Shown here piece by piece: positions 20,162-30,273 of a stretch of 64,000 nt of DNA. The position numbers and the translations under genes are program-made. The stretch's first letter is position 1. Every line of letters begins with the position of its first letter. This stretch comes from Bacteroidaceae bacterium. Lineage in GTDB: Bacteria > Bacteroidota > Bacteroidia > Bacteroidales > Bacteroidaceae. Where the stretch lies: assembly GCA_024401115.1 (NCBI GenBank), contig JAKSLP010000007.1, forward strand, positions 13,869 through 77,868, given 5' to 3'. Under the pieces are notes generated by a model. The model ran no database searches. It saw only the letters and a list, made by a program, of their open reading frames with translations, and was not told the origin of the DNA.

Positions 20162-20211
20162 CGTGGACCTATCACCCGAATTATTGTGAAATCGACTTTT
20201 TTATTGCCAAT

Positions 20212-20250
20212 TTCTTGTAAAAATCGTCGTTTTTCATTGTAAAAATCACC
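20212..20250 (-). promoter_or_regulatory. direct-repeat upstream motif GATTTTTACAA-N11-GATTTTTACAAG (copy 1)
   Basis: The minus strand reads GGTGATTTTTACAATGAAAAACGACGATTTTTACAAGAA. It lies 51 nt upstream of the -7 box of the NigD-like operon. Confidence 0.4.
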
Positions 20251-20293
20251 AATTGGGCATAATTACAATGAAATTTCCGGCAAAAAAGGCAAC

Positions 20294-22225
20294 TTATCTG
20301 TTTTTCAGTTGCTCTAATTCCAATTGATAGGTGGTGAGGCAGTAGCGCTCCATTTCCAGCAGATGGGCATCGGGAGTGACATTTTCTACTTGGCCATCGG
20401 GCAGAACACGGTAGTACCGGCGCACATCTTCGATATAATTTAGCAGGAACAGGTTCTCCTGGTCGCGACAGGCCACCCATGATCCGTTGCTGTAGATGAC
20501 ATACGGGCGCTGGTGGTTCAGTAAGTCCACGCTGAGGCTGTTGGTGGTGTAGCTGTGGCCCAACATGGACAGCACGGTGGCGGCAATATCGGTCTGCGAT
20601 GCCATGCCATCGTACTCGCCCGCCTTAATATCCTTACCGAAAATGAGCAGCGGCACATGATTGATCATGTCGGGCAACTCGCATTCCTGCTGTTTCTCCA
20701 TGCTCACTCCATGGTCGCCCACCAGTACGAAAATGGTATTGTCATACCAGGGTTCACGACTGGCCTTCTCAAAAAAATCCCTCAGACACTCATCGGCATA
20801 ACGCACGGAATCATAATCCTCATCGTCATACGTCAAAGGAAAATCGGCTGGCATGTCATAAGGTGGATGATGCGTGATGGTAAGAATGGAGATGAAAATC
20901 GGCCCATCTTTTTGGTTTTCATTCTGATAGCCTAATTCTTTCCGATTAATGGCCTGAATGGCGGCATCAAACAGATAGCCGTCCGGTACGCCCCACATGC
21001 CCACGTACTCCTCTTCCGGATAGTCGTTCTTGGAATAGATGCGACGGATGCCGTTCGATGAGAAGAAGTCATACAATCCGTCATAATTGGGATCGTGTGA
21101 GATGAAACAGGTGGTGGAATACCCCATATCCGACAGTTCGAGCGGCAGACCGCCAAATACAGAAAGGCGATGCTCGCTGGTGATGTTGCGGTTCATGAAC
21201 GATGGCCAGGAGCACAGCACGCCCAGCAGTCCCTGTCCGGTGCGGAAACCGGCACTGTAACAACGACTGAAATGTAGCGACTTATCGTACAACTGATTTA
21301 GAAAAGGTGTGAGAGGCTCCTGCTGACCGAACGCCTGCAGGTAGTGCGAGCTCATGGATTCCATGAAAATCAGCACGATATTGGGCCTCTTTCCGGCAAA
21401 AAGGGCGGAATCGGGAGCGGTTATCTCATGTTTCCAGGGTTCTTTCAAATCGGTAGTACCATAGAATTCCTGCATGTTTTTCTGTAGTTCCTGGGCGGTA
21501 TAGAAGGAGACGGAATTCAGTCGCTGATAGCGGCTTACGGAATTGACAAAGTAGAGGGCCGGACTTTGCGTACACAGGTTGATTTAGTGGTTGCTGGTAA
21601 AATAGGCATTGCTGGAGTTCAGCGCATGACCGGTGACCTTAAAGCCGCGAACGCCCAACAGGAACAGCACGGCAATGATCAGAAAACCGGTGATTATGCT
21701 TTTTCTTTCGGCTTGTTTGTTTAGTGCAACCGGCGCATTACTGATGTGAATCACTCCCCAAATGCACAGCGGAATCATGATCAGCATGACTATACCATAG
21801 GTCAGGAACGACCAGTCACTCAACAACATAGTGAGCACCTCATCGCCATTATCCAACCATTTTAGAGAGGAGATGTCGATGGGGTGCATGTATTCATTGC
21901 AGAACGGAATGTTGGCAATGGCGTGTAAGGGCAATACCGTACAGATAATGCCGTAATAAACACGGAGAAATCGCTGAGCTGACTTCAGGGCCGAATACCG
22001 GTAGCATACATACAGCGAAATCAGGCAGGGTAACAGGCTGACATAGGTCATCACCACATTGTCCAACCTGAGTCCAATATACAGTGATTCAGCGTATTGC
22101 GATATTCCGATACCGGAGGCATCCATGTCGGATCGTAAAACGCCCATGGTTACCAGTCGTATAAACGATAAAAGTGCCAACATGCCCAAATGCATGCGTA
22201 GCACATATAGAAACATTTTTCTCAT
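20294..22225 (-). pseudogene. LTA synthase / sulfatase-family (phosphoglycerol transferase-like) gene interrupted by one in-frame TAA
   Basis: The membrane-domain ORF 21584-22225 and the sulfatase-domain ORF 20294-21475 are in the same frame. The 36 codons between them contain no other stop. The single TAA lies at 21584-21586. Confidence 0.75.
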
Positions 22226-22245
22226 TCAAAAACGTTTGGACTGAA

Positions 22246-22277
22246 AAGTGGCAGGATTACGCTTAATCCTGCCACTT
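22246..22277 (-). terminator. hairpin terminator after the CBAH-family gene
   Basis: AAGTGGCAGGATTA-CGCT-TAATCCTGCCACTT 14-bp stem. Confidence 0.6.
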
Positions 22278-22296
22278 GAAGGAAATGTGAACTGTA

Positions 22297-23580
22297 TTAT
22301 TTTTTATGTTCTAATGGTTTCTCGAAATGAGTGTCGTTCAGGCTTACCTCCATGAAATCCTTCTGCTCATCGCGTCCCTCGTGAATCAGCACGTGGAATT
22401 TGCGGGCTGCCAGATCATATACAGTGGTATGTGTGGTGTACCACAGCGGTGAGCCTGCCACATGCCAGTTGGCCTTATCGTTGAAGTTGGCCTGATTAAC
22501 CTTCATGGCATTGGTATAGGTCTCGTTCTTCCATACATCCGGATTCTTGTACAGGTCCTTGGCAGAAACGTCCTCAACAAACTCGGTAAACCAGAAGTCC
22601 TTACTGCCAATCTCCTTGGTGTAAGCCTTTGAGTACCAAACCTCTTTCAGCAGGTCCTGCATGCCGGTGAATGACTCCTCGGTAGTAGGATAAGCCTCTT
22701 TCAGCAGGTCGTAGCGCTCGTAACCGTTACCGCTGTTCTGCACCAAACCCTTCTCTTCCATCAGCTTGTTGGTGAAGTTGGTCATGATGGTAGCGTATGA
22801 AGGAGCGTTAATATCGGTGGTCTCGCAATAGTAAGGCTTGTTGTCCAGGAACTCCAGTACCACGCTGGTGGTGGCATCGCTGATCAGCCAGTGGAAAGCC
22901 TGTGACGCACCCGGAACAGGGAAACCGTTTGGCTCATACCAGTTGATGCTCTCGATAATCTGCTTGGCATCGGCTACTGACTTGGCGCGATCCAGAATAA
23001 CACGGGCCAGGTAAGTCACGCAATGGGTCTCTTTGGCATCGGGATTGGTGTAAGCTGCACCGTGTCCCCACTTGCCATGCTCCCAGGTGGATTCGTCGAA
23101 CGATGTTTCACCGGTTGGCATCACGTTCACACCTATAAATACACCATTTTCATTGATTCCATCGGTGGTAGCCATAGGTAATGCATTATATAAAGGGCTG
23201 TATTCGCCACTCTTGGCAAACTCGTTGCTGAATACGCTGTTTGCACCAATCATACCAATGGATGCATAGCGTGCATCGCTCTTGTTGATCTTAATAATGG
23301 CTGCGGCATCGGTATTGATGTACCAGTCCAGGTTGCGGCCCACAAAGTTGCCCTTTCTTACCTCAGAACAGGCAGGTGCCGCAGAATTGAAACGCTTGGC
23401 CATAGCCTGTGCAGCTGCGTCAAAATCGTAATCGTCATATTCCACACCATACAGATAATCTGCAATAGGAGTATTACACAGTTCAGGAACTGCTGCGTTG
23501 GCAGCGGTCTTCTCTTTACATCCGGTAAGCACGGTTGCCAGGAAGCAGGCAGAGAGTGCAGTTAAAATCAACTTTTTCAT
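22297..23580 (-). CDS. choloylglycine-hydrolase-family (linear amide C-N hydrolase, Ntn) lipoprotein
   Basis: Start at MKKLILTAL (ATG at 23580); CSEVRKGNFVGRNLDW matches the Cys-nucleophile...GRNxD signature of the CBAH family. Confidence 0.65.
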   Translation of the reverse strand: MKKLILTALSACFLATVLTGCKEKTAANAAVPELCNTPIADYLYGVEYDDYDFDAAAQAMAKRFNSAAPACSEVRKGNFVGRNLDWYINTDAAAIIKINKSDARYASIGMIGANSVFSNEFAKSGEYSPLYNALPMATTDGINENGVFIGVNVMPTGETSFDESTWEHGKWGHGAAYTNPDAKETHCVTYLARVILDRAKSVADAKQIIESINWYEPNGFPVPGASQAFHWLISDATTSVVLEFLDNKPYYCETTDINAPSYATIMTNFTNKLMEEKGLVQNSGNGYERYDLLKEAYPTTEESFTGMQDLLKEVWYSKAYTKEIGSKDFWFTEFVEDVSAKDLYKNPDVWKNETYTNAMKVNQANFNDKANWHVAGSPLWYTTHTTVYDLAARKFHVLIHEGRDEQKDFMEVSLNDTHFEKPLEHKK

Positions 23581-23608
23581 TTTTGATGTTTTTATTGTTT
23601 TGTTGCTG

Positions 23609-23616
23609 CAAATGTA
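23609..23616 (-). promoter_or_regulatory. -7 box TACATTTG for the CBAH-family gene
   Basis: Exact TAnnTTTG 29 nt upstream of the ATG at 23580. Confidence 0.45.
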
Positions 23617-23665
23617 CTCCATCCATGAGTTCTTGCTGTTGTAAAAAACACTTATTTTTTGACAA

Positions 23666-23703
23666 CTTCTTGTAAAAACGCCCATTTTATTATAGAAATC
23701 GCC
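23666..23703 (-). promoter_or_regulatory. direct-repeat upstream motif (copy 2)
   Basis: The minus strand reads GGCGATTTCTATAATAAAATGGGCGTTTTTACAAGAAG. It lies 50 nt upstream of the -7 box of the CBAH-family gene. Confidence 0.4.
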
Positions 23704-23762
23704 AAAAATGGTCAAAAATGCAATAAAAAAAACCGGATGTTTGGGCATCCGGTCTGCATATT

Positions 23763-24173
23763 TTAGTGCTGTTCAATCTTCAGCAGTTCCAAGTCGAAAA
23801 TCAGGGTGGAATGGGCAGGAATATCGCCACATGCGGTTTTCCCGTATCCGTGCTGTGCCGGAATGTACAGTTCCATGCGGTCGCCTTCATGCATCTTGCT
23901 TAGGGCTATCTGCCAACCCATGATGAGGGTGCGCACCACGAAGCATGCCGGAAGGCGCTGTCCCTGTGTGGTGTCGAATACCGTACCGTCGGTCAGGCGT
24001 CCGGTATAGTTCACATACACAATGCTGCTGCCCTTGGGAAAGGGTCCGCCACTTCCCCGCTCTATCCAACGGTACATCACTCCGCTGTCCAGCACGATCA
24101 TACCCTCTTCCTGGGCTTTCTGCTTAAAGAACTCTAACTGCTCTTCCTTGTATATATTCTTCTTTTTCTTCAT
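23763..24173 (-). CDS. FKBP-type peptidyl-prolyl cis-trans isomerase
   Basis: YTGRLTDGTVFDT...GWQIAL...IPAHSTLIFDLELL motifs; ATG at 24173, 5 nt after the NRPS stop. Confidence 0.88.
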   Translation of the reverse strand: MKKKKNIYKEEQLEFFKQKAQEEGMIVLDSGVMYRWIERGSGGPFPKGSSIVYVNYTGRLTDGTVFDTTQGQRLPACFVVRTLIMGWQIALSKMHEGDRMELYIPAQHGYGKTACGDIPAHSTLIFDLELLKIEQH

Positions 24174-24178
24174 TTTCT

Positions 24179-27100
24179 TTACAGGTTCTGGGTAAACGGA
24201 CTGGATTTCATGGTGCTGACCACTTCGGGCAGATAATCTTCCTTCAGCAACTCGAAGTGGTTGATGGGCAGCGTGTGTATCTCGGCATCGGGATAATGGG
24301 TATGCCAGCATTCCCGGTTGTCGATGATGTCCTGCTCCAACGCCTTCCGCTCCTCCTCGGATATCTTACGGTCGGGGAACTCGAACGAGATATGCTGAGG
24401 TGTTACACCTGCCAGTATGATGAGCATAGGCCCCTGATATTCGGGTGGAAAGACTTGTGGCGACAGGGCATTGGATATACGCATACGTTCGGCTACGATG
24501 GGTGATTCCATTTCGTCTATCTCATCGATGCTCTGGGCACGGTGATAGATAGGATCAAACAGTAGCGCCAGTGGTTTCTTGTCCTGCAACTCACAGATAT
24601 CGTGTGCCATAAGTAGTGCCAAATCGGCACCAAAGCACAATCCGGCAACGATATCCACCTGACGTCCATCCAACAGGCGAAGCATGTCACTCTTGTAATC
24701 TTCCATCATTTCCTTTAGGTTGATTTCCTTCTTTTCCCAGAAGTATTCCACAAACGATTCCAGGATCAGGAAGTTGAAACGCTCGCGATAGAATTCCACA
24801 TAATCGGTATAGAGCGGATGCAGGTAGATGTAACCGCAATCCAGTACCACCGTTGGTCGGTCGGTAGGCGGTTCCAGCCAGTAGGCAAATGATTCCTTAT
24901 GATTAGGCAGACGGGTGATGTTCCGGCTGATATGACGGATATTGCGCCACTGATACAGGTCGGATACGTGCAACTGATAGCCTTGTTCCATGGCACAGAA
25001 CGAGAAACGTGCGGCCTGAATGGAGGTGATGCCCAATTCGGTAAACAGGTCTTCTGTCACACTGATGTCCTTTCCTCCGATGACGGTCGACAGGAGTCGC
25101 GCCAGACGGTCCTCGGTAGCGGTTATGGCTGGCATCACCACTTTCTTCTCCTTCTTGCGCTGTGGCTTGGGCAGTCGGGCATAATCTACCTTATCGTTGG
25201 CTTTCAGCGGTATCTCGCTGATAACCTCCAACCAATCGGGAACCATGTATTCCGGCAGACGCTTACTCAGGAACTTGCGAAGAAATTCATTATTGACTGG
25301 TTTGGCAGCGGTATACCACAGGCAGAGCTGGTCGGCTCCATCTACCTTGCATACCTGCGCAACTGCCTGAATCACTTCCGGATAAATAGAGGCGGCTGTC
25401 TCAATCTCACCCAATTCGATGCGGTATCCACGTATCTTTACCTGATTGTCATTGCGTCCCACATATTCCAGTTGGTTGTCAGCATTCCAGCGCACTAAAT
25501 CTCCGGTACGGTACATGGTCTTCCATCCCATTTCGTTGGTGAACGGCATGGGCACAAAGGCCTTCTGTGTCTGTTCCGGCAGGTTGATATAGCCATCGGC
25601 TATCTGTTCACCGGCCAGATACAACTCGCCCACACATCCTTTAGGCAGCATACGGGCATTACCGTCCAATACCATCGCCAAGCTTTGGCTCAAGGGGCGA
25701 CCGATTGGAATATTGGCGGGAACCTGTCCGCTGTGGCATATATAATAGGTGGCATCGACCGTAAATTCGGTAGGACCATAGGTGTTGTATACCGGAAACG
25801 CCAGTCCCTTGGGTATACTGACCAACTTCTCTCCGCCTACAGTCAGGTATCGCAATGGCAAATTGGGTACCAGTTCCAGCAACATGCTGCCTAAGACAGT
25901 GGTGAAATTGCAACCGGTTATGGCATGCTCACGGATATATTGGGCAATGCCGTGGATGTCCTTGGTAAGCGACTGCCTCAGGATATGCATGGTTCCTCCG
26001 CAGGTCAAAATGGGGTATAAATCCTCTACCGATGCATCGAAACTGAATGTTCCCTGACACAGGATGCGGTCGTTTTCGGACAACTGATAGAGTTGTGCCA
26101 TGGAACGGACAAATGAGGTCAGTGCCCGTCGGGATATCATCACGCCCTTAGGTTTGCCGGTTGAACCGGAAGTATAGATAATGTAGGATATTCCACTCTT
26201 TTTTAATGGCTTACCATGTATCTGTTGAATCTCTAATTGACCATTTACCTTACAGCACGCCCCACTGTCCTGACAGATAAAATCCATCCGTTCCTGTGGT
26301 GCATCGGTAGGGATGGGTACATATGTGGCACCCAACATGAGTGTGCCCAATGCGGCCACCATGAACTCTTTTCTTCGAGGCATGAGAAGTGCCACCACAT
26401 CGCTTGGGCCTACTCCACTCTGCTGAAGCTTTTGTGAGAATGCGGTCATGGCGGCATGCAACTGTCCGTAAGTCATCCTACTCTCGCAATCAACAATGGC
26501 TATATGATCCGGATTTTTGTGGCATTGTTCCTGAATAAGATCCAGCACATCTTTACCGGAATGCGCATAGGAAAGCGGTTCACCACTACCCAACTCCAAT
26601 AATTCCTGCTGCTGGGTTTCACTAACCAATGCCACATTTCCTACCGTTGCATCGGGATGAAGAATGATGTTCAGTGCCACCTGCATGATCATATCACACA
26701 TCTGATGCATCTGGGCCTCTGAATACCGGCCTTCGTTATAGCATAGTTCTATGATGTCCTCGCCGGTATCGGGATAGATGACCAGTGAAATATTCTCGGT
26801 GGAAAGCTGTGGCGGCAACTCGCGGATAGGCACCTGTCTGCCGTCCACTTCGATGAAAAGCGACAGCATCTGATAAGAGAACGAGTTGGACGGTTGCCTG
26901 TGCAAATCTCGACAGAAATGAGTAAACGGATAATTAGCGTGCCGCACGTTCTGCATCATCTGATGCTTAAAATGCTGCATCAGTTCCACCACAGGCGTAT
27001 CCGTTTGGGTAAGATCTGCATAAAAAGGTACCGTCTTGACAAACATGCCGTAGGTCTGACGTTGCTTCTTACTCTTTCGGCCATGATTCATTCCCTCGAA

Positions 27101-27862
27101 AGAAACCTTAGGCTCACCACTCAATACGCTCAGTACGATGGCATAAACCGCCATGTAGTACAGATTGGGCGTAATGTTATGGGTGGTACAGAAAGTGCCA
27201 ACTTCCTGTGAAGGCATAATGCGTGTGATGCGCTTCAATGCACCAATGGCACGTGGAGTGGCTGTATCAAGCATCGTCATGCCGTAACCGTTGAAGCATT
27301 GCGCATAGTAATCCTTATCCATCAGATAAGCCGGCGATGACAGATTCTGCATATCGTCGTTCACCACATCGCTGAACGGATAATCCTCTATACCGTCCAG
27401 AGATTCCGTACGGTAGAAGGTATCCAATTCGTGGTGGAAATTCACCCAGGTTCCTGAATCGGCTATGACATGGCTGGTGTCATTGAGCAGGTAAATCTGC
27501 TTTTCAGTCTTCACCACAGCCGAACGGAACAGCACATCTTCCCAAAGATTGAACGGACGGATGAACTGCTCACGGTAATTGGCATACTGCTCCTCACTCA
27601 TGTAAAGCATCGGAACATTTATGCTGATTTCATCGTCAATATATTGGGCTAATTCCCCATCCTTATTTATAATATGTGTCTTGAAGATGGCGTGCTTGGC
27701 GAATACAGTTCTGGCTGAACGGCACAATAGTTCCGCATCCATATCGAGCGGAAAATCGTACTGCACTGAAATGTTGTTCTGGGTGGTATCCGGATGCTGA
27801 ATCCACTCCAGGACAATTCCCATCTGGGATTCGGATAACGGATAGGTATGTTTCAGGCCCAT
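24179..27862 (-). CDS. single-module non-ribosomal peptide synthetase, C-A-T-TE
   Basis: C domain with SHVIADSG (variant of HHxxxDG). A-domain cores YTSGSTGKPKGV, FDAS, NTYGPTE, YRTGDLVRW, QVKIRGYRIELGEIE and NDKVD. Carrier motif LGITSI. C-terminal alpha/beta-hydrolase with GLCFG and INHF. Confidence 0.9.
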   Translation of the reverse strand: MGLKHTYPLSESQMGIVLEWIQHPDTTQNNISVQYDFPLDMDAELLCRSARTVFAKHAIFKTHIINKDGELAQYIDDEISINVPMLYMSEEQYANYREQFIRPFNLWEDVLFRSAVVKTEKQIYLLNDTSHVIADSGTWVNFHHELDTFYRTESLDGIEDYPFSDVVNDDMQNLSSPAYLMDKDYYAQCFNGYGMTMLDTATPRAIGALKRITRIMPSQEVGTFCTTHNITPNLYYMAVYAIVLSVLSGEPKVSFEGMNHGRKSKKQRQTYGMFVKTVPFYADLTQTDTPVVELMQHFKHQMMQNVRHANYPFTHFCRDLHRQPSNSFSYQMLSLFIEVDGRQVPIRELPPQLSTENISLVIYPDTGEDIIELCYNEGRYSEAQMHQMCDMIMQVALNIILHPDATVGNVALVSETQQQELLELGSGEPLSYAHSGKDVLDLIQEQCHKNPDHIAIVDCESRMTYGQLHAAMTAFSQKLQQSGVGPSDVVALLMPRRKEFMVAALGTLMLGATYVPIPTDAPQERMDFICQDSGACCKVNGQLEIQQIHGKPLKKSGISYIIYTSGSTGKPKGVMISRRALTSFVRSMAQLYQLSENDRILCQGTFSFDASVEDLYPILTCGGTMHILRQSLTKDIHGIAQYIREHAITGCNFTTVLGSMLLELVPNLPLRYLTVGGEKLVSIPKGLAFPVYNTYGPTEFTVDATYYICHSGQVPANIPIGRPLSQSLAMVLDGNARMLPKGCVGELYLAGEQIADGYINLPEQTQKAFVPMPFTNEMGWKTMYRTGDLVRWNADNQLEYVGRNDNQVKIRGYRIELGEIETAASIYPEVIQAVAQVCKVDGADQLCLWYTAAKPVNNEFLRKFLSKRLPEYMVPDWLEVISEIPLKANDKVDYARLPKPQRKKEKKVVMPAITATEDRLARLLSTVIGGKDISVTEDLFTELGITSIQAARFSFCAMEQGYQLHVSDLYQWRNIRHISRNITRLPNHKESFAYWLEPPTDRPTVVLDCGYIYLHPLYTDYVEFYRERFNFLILESFVEYFWEKKEINLKEMMEDYKSDMLRLLDGRQVDIVAGLCFGADLALLMAHDICELQDKKPLALLFDPIYHRAQSIDEIDEMESPIVAERMRISNALSPQVFPPEYQGPMLIILAGVTPQHISFEFPDRKISEEERKALEQDIIDNRECWHTHYPDAEIHTLPINHFELLKEDYLPEVVSTMKSSPFTQNL

Positions 27863-27883
27863 TTTCTTCTTACAATTAGTGGT

Positions 27884-30268
27884 TTAGAACTGGTATGAGA
27901 CAGTGGTCAGGAAAGTGCGGCCTTCCTGATAGATAGGAATACGGTCGCCACCCAAACGGTACAGATGATTGAACACGTTCTTCACGTTGCACACCAGTTC
28001 CACTCTCTTCCATTCGTAGCGTGCACCCAGATTCACCAGGCAATAGGTTGGCAAATTCAAGACTTTACCTGCTAAACATTCATCATTCTGATAAACATCC
28101 ACATTATAGAACAGGAATTTCTGGCGTGAAGAGATTCCCATACTTGCATTAACCGACAGTCCCTTGGTCAATTTCTGACTGCCCAGAATGTGGAAAGTCA
28201 CATTAGGTACAGCATAGATGTCATGAGCATCGGCATGATAACCAGAGGATTGCATGGAACGCTGCATATACAGGTTGGCATGAATGTCTGTCCCCTTGTG
28301 CTGGTAGGTAAGGCTATGCTCAAGGCCCATAGATTTCAAACATCCTGAATTTGTATAAGATACAGAAGTGAGGGTGATGAGATCTTCAACATGGTGATAG
28401 AAAGCATTGCCCTGATAGGTGAGATGCAAATCGGGGAATTTGAGGGTGGCGGACAACTGTATATTATCCAGGAACTGAGGATTCAAACTCTCGTTACCGA
28501 TATACATGATGCGTGATGCACGGTAGAAATAGGAGGCATCCTCATAAGAACGGGCATAGGACAGCAGCACGTTAAAGTTGCTGTTGCGCTTCCAGATCAA
28601 TGAGAGTCGGGGTGACAGCACATGCTGGTCCTTTCCTTCAAAGCGATGCTTGTAGTCGTAGCGCAAACCACCGTTGAACAGCCAATGATCATTGAAACTA
28701 TGCTTTAACTGCACAAAGGTAGATGCACCATACTCTCGGTGATTGGAGAAAATGATGGAACGGTCGTTGGCACTGGAAACCAGGATACGGTTGAAGTGAT
28801 CACCAAAGGCCATATCATTGAAATACAGGTTGAAGTAGTTGTACTGAAAACCTGCCAACAGATTTCCCTTTCCGGTTTTTCCTGCACGATAGTCGTACAT
28901 GCCCCGCAATTCGCCTGCCGCTGTATAACTCTTCCAGCTCTGCAACTGAAATACACCACTTTGTATTAAGGTATGTTCTTTATCAAAGGCTTCGTCCTTC
29001 CAGGGCAGCAAACCCAGAATATCCTGACGCTCTTCCGGAATGCTATCGCCCACAATGTTGTAAAGCGAAGCATCCTGCATGCTTAAGGTGGCATTGGCTA
29101 TCAGATGCACGTTCTTTAGGGTATGGCTGTAATTCAGATTACCTATTGTGGCACGCACCGAACGGCCAGGCTTAGTGTTCTGTATGGTTTGGTAGGCATC
29201 ATAATCATAATAGGTAGGAACCAGCATGTTGGTATAGGTATACACACGCTTGCTGTGCTGACGGGTCAGTTGCAGCTTGAAATCCTTCCATCGCAGGGTT
29301 AAGCCAAAATCGTAGGCAGGCTGATTGTTATATCCGTTTACATAGGAATAGGCCTTATAAGGATATGAGCCATAGAAATTCTTGTCGTTTACCGGTATGT
29401 CATGACGGTAACCGCGGGAACTGTAGATGGATGCCCATGCCATGATGTCGGTGTCCAGGAAACTCTTGCCCCACAGGATGTTACCCTTAACGGTATGCAT
29501 ATTTCCCACACCTACGGAAGCCTTAAAGCCATCCAATTCATGGCCTTCCTTGGTGATGATATTCACTACGGCGGTCAGGGAAACCGAACCGTAAAGTGAG
29601 GATGCGGCACCGCGAAGCACCTCGACCTGCTTGATGTTCTCGAGCATGATGCGGTAATCGGGTGCCACAGAATTGGTGACATAACTGTTCAGACGCACAC
29701 CGTTAAGCAGAATCAGGATATTCTCCTGTGAATAGGAATAGACACCACGCATACTCAGGTTACTCTCCTCGCCTTCCACCACATTCATACCCGGAACATA
29801 ATCCACCAGCAGTTCCTGAAGGGTGCGGGCACCGGAAGTGCGTATCATCTCTTCGGTAATCAGCGTTACGGGAACAGGGGCTTCCTCTATACTCTCGGCC
29901 TGCTGAGATGCTGTGGTAATCTGGGCACCGTGACGGTAGGAATTGACCAGATCCACAAAACGCACCGGATCAGTAAAGGCGGTGGTGTAATTGGGATCGT
30001 TCTTAAGAAGCAGTTGCACATACTTTTGTGCATCCTCATCCAAATCCTCGAACAGGGCACAAAGGGTGAGCATGCGGTAGGCACTACTGCGTTGGGAATG
30101 ATCAAAATGATTCATGTTTTCCTGCAGTATCTGGCGGGCATAATCCACTCTACCCTCATTATACGCCTCCTCGGCCTGAATAAATATGGTGCGAACATTG
30201 CTGCCCTGTGCCATCAGGTCCGGGGCAATCAACATCAATAATACTATCAGTAAATATCTCATTTTCAT
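27884..30268 (-). CDS. TonB-dependent receptor-like outer-membrane barrel with N-terminal TPR-like extension
   Basis: Signal peptide MKMRYLLIVLL...MAQ (ATG at 30268 or 30262); plug motifs (VTLITEEMIRTSGARTLQELL, LNGVRLN); C-terminal ...TTVSYQF barrel end. Confidence 0.8.
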   Translation of the reverse strand: MKMRYLLIVLLMLIAPDLMAQGSNVRTIFIQAEEAYNEGRVDYARQILQENMNHFDHSQRSSAYRMLTLCALFEDLDEDAQKYVQLLLKNDPNYTTAFTDPVRFVDLVNSYRHGAQITTASQQAESIEEAPVPVTLITEEMIRTSGARTLQELLVDYVPGMNVVEGEESNLSMRGVYSYSQENILILLNGVRLNSYVTNSVAPDYRIMLENIKQVEVLRGAASSLYGSVSLTAVVNIITKEGHELDGFKASVGVGNMHTVKGNILWGKSFLDTDIMAWASIYSSRGYRHDIPVNDKNFYGSYPYKAYSYVNGYNNQPAYDFGLTLRWKDFKLQLTRQHSKRVYTYTNMLVPTYYDYDAYQTIQNTKPGRSVRATIGNLNYSHTLKNVHLIANATLSMQDASLYNIVGDSIPEERQDILGLLPWKDEAFDKEHTLIQSGVFQLQSWKSYTAAGELRGMYDYRAGKTGKGNLLAGFQYNYFNLYFNDMAFGDHFNRILVSSANDRSIIFSNHREYGASTFVQLKHSFNDHWLFNGGLRYDYKHRFEGKDQHVLSPRLSLIWKRNSNFNVLLSYARSYEDASYFYRASRIMYIGNESLNPQFLDNIQLSATLKFPDLHLTYQGNAFYHHVEDLITLTSVSYTNSGCLKSMGLEHSLTYQHKGTDIHANLYMQRSMQSSGYHADAHDIYAVPNVTFHILGSQKLTKGLSVNASMGISSRQKFLFYNVDVYQNDECLAGKVLNLPTYCLVNLGARYEWKRVELVCNVKNVFNHLYRLGGDRIPIYQEGRTFLTTVSYQF

Positions 30269-30273
30269 AGGCA

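Noticed and set aside
24174-24311. Upstream extension of the FKBP ORF (182-aa version), and likewise the extensions of ORFs 22297-23748, 16975-18027, 36671-37921 and 27884-30427.
   Set aside because: The extensions overlap upstream genes or promoter motifs and precede clear signal-peptide or MKK-type starts. Internal ATGs were chosen instead.
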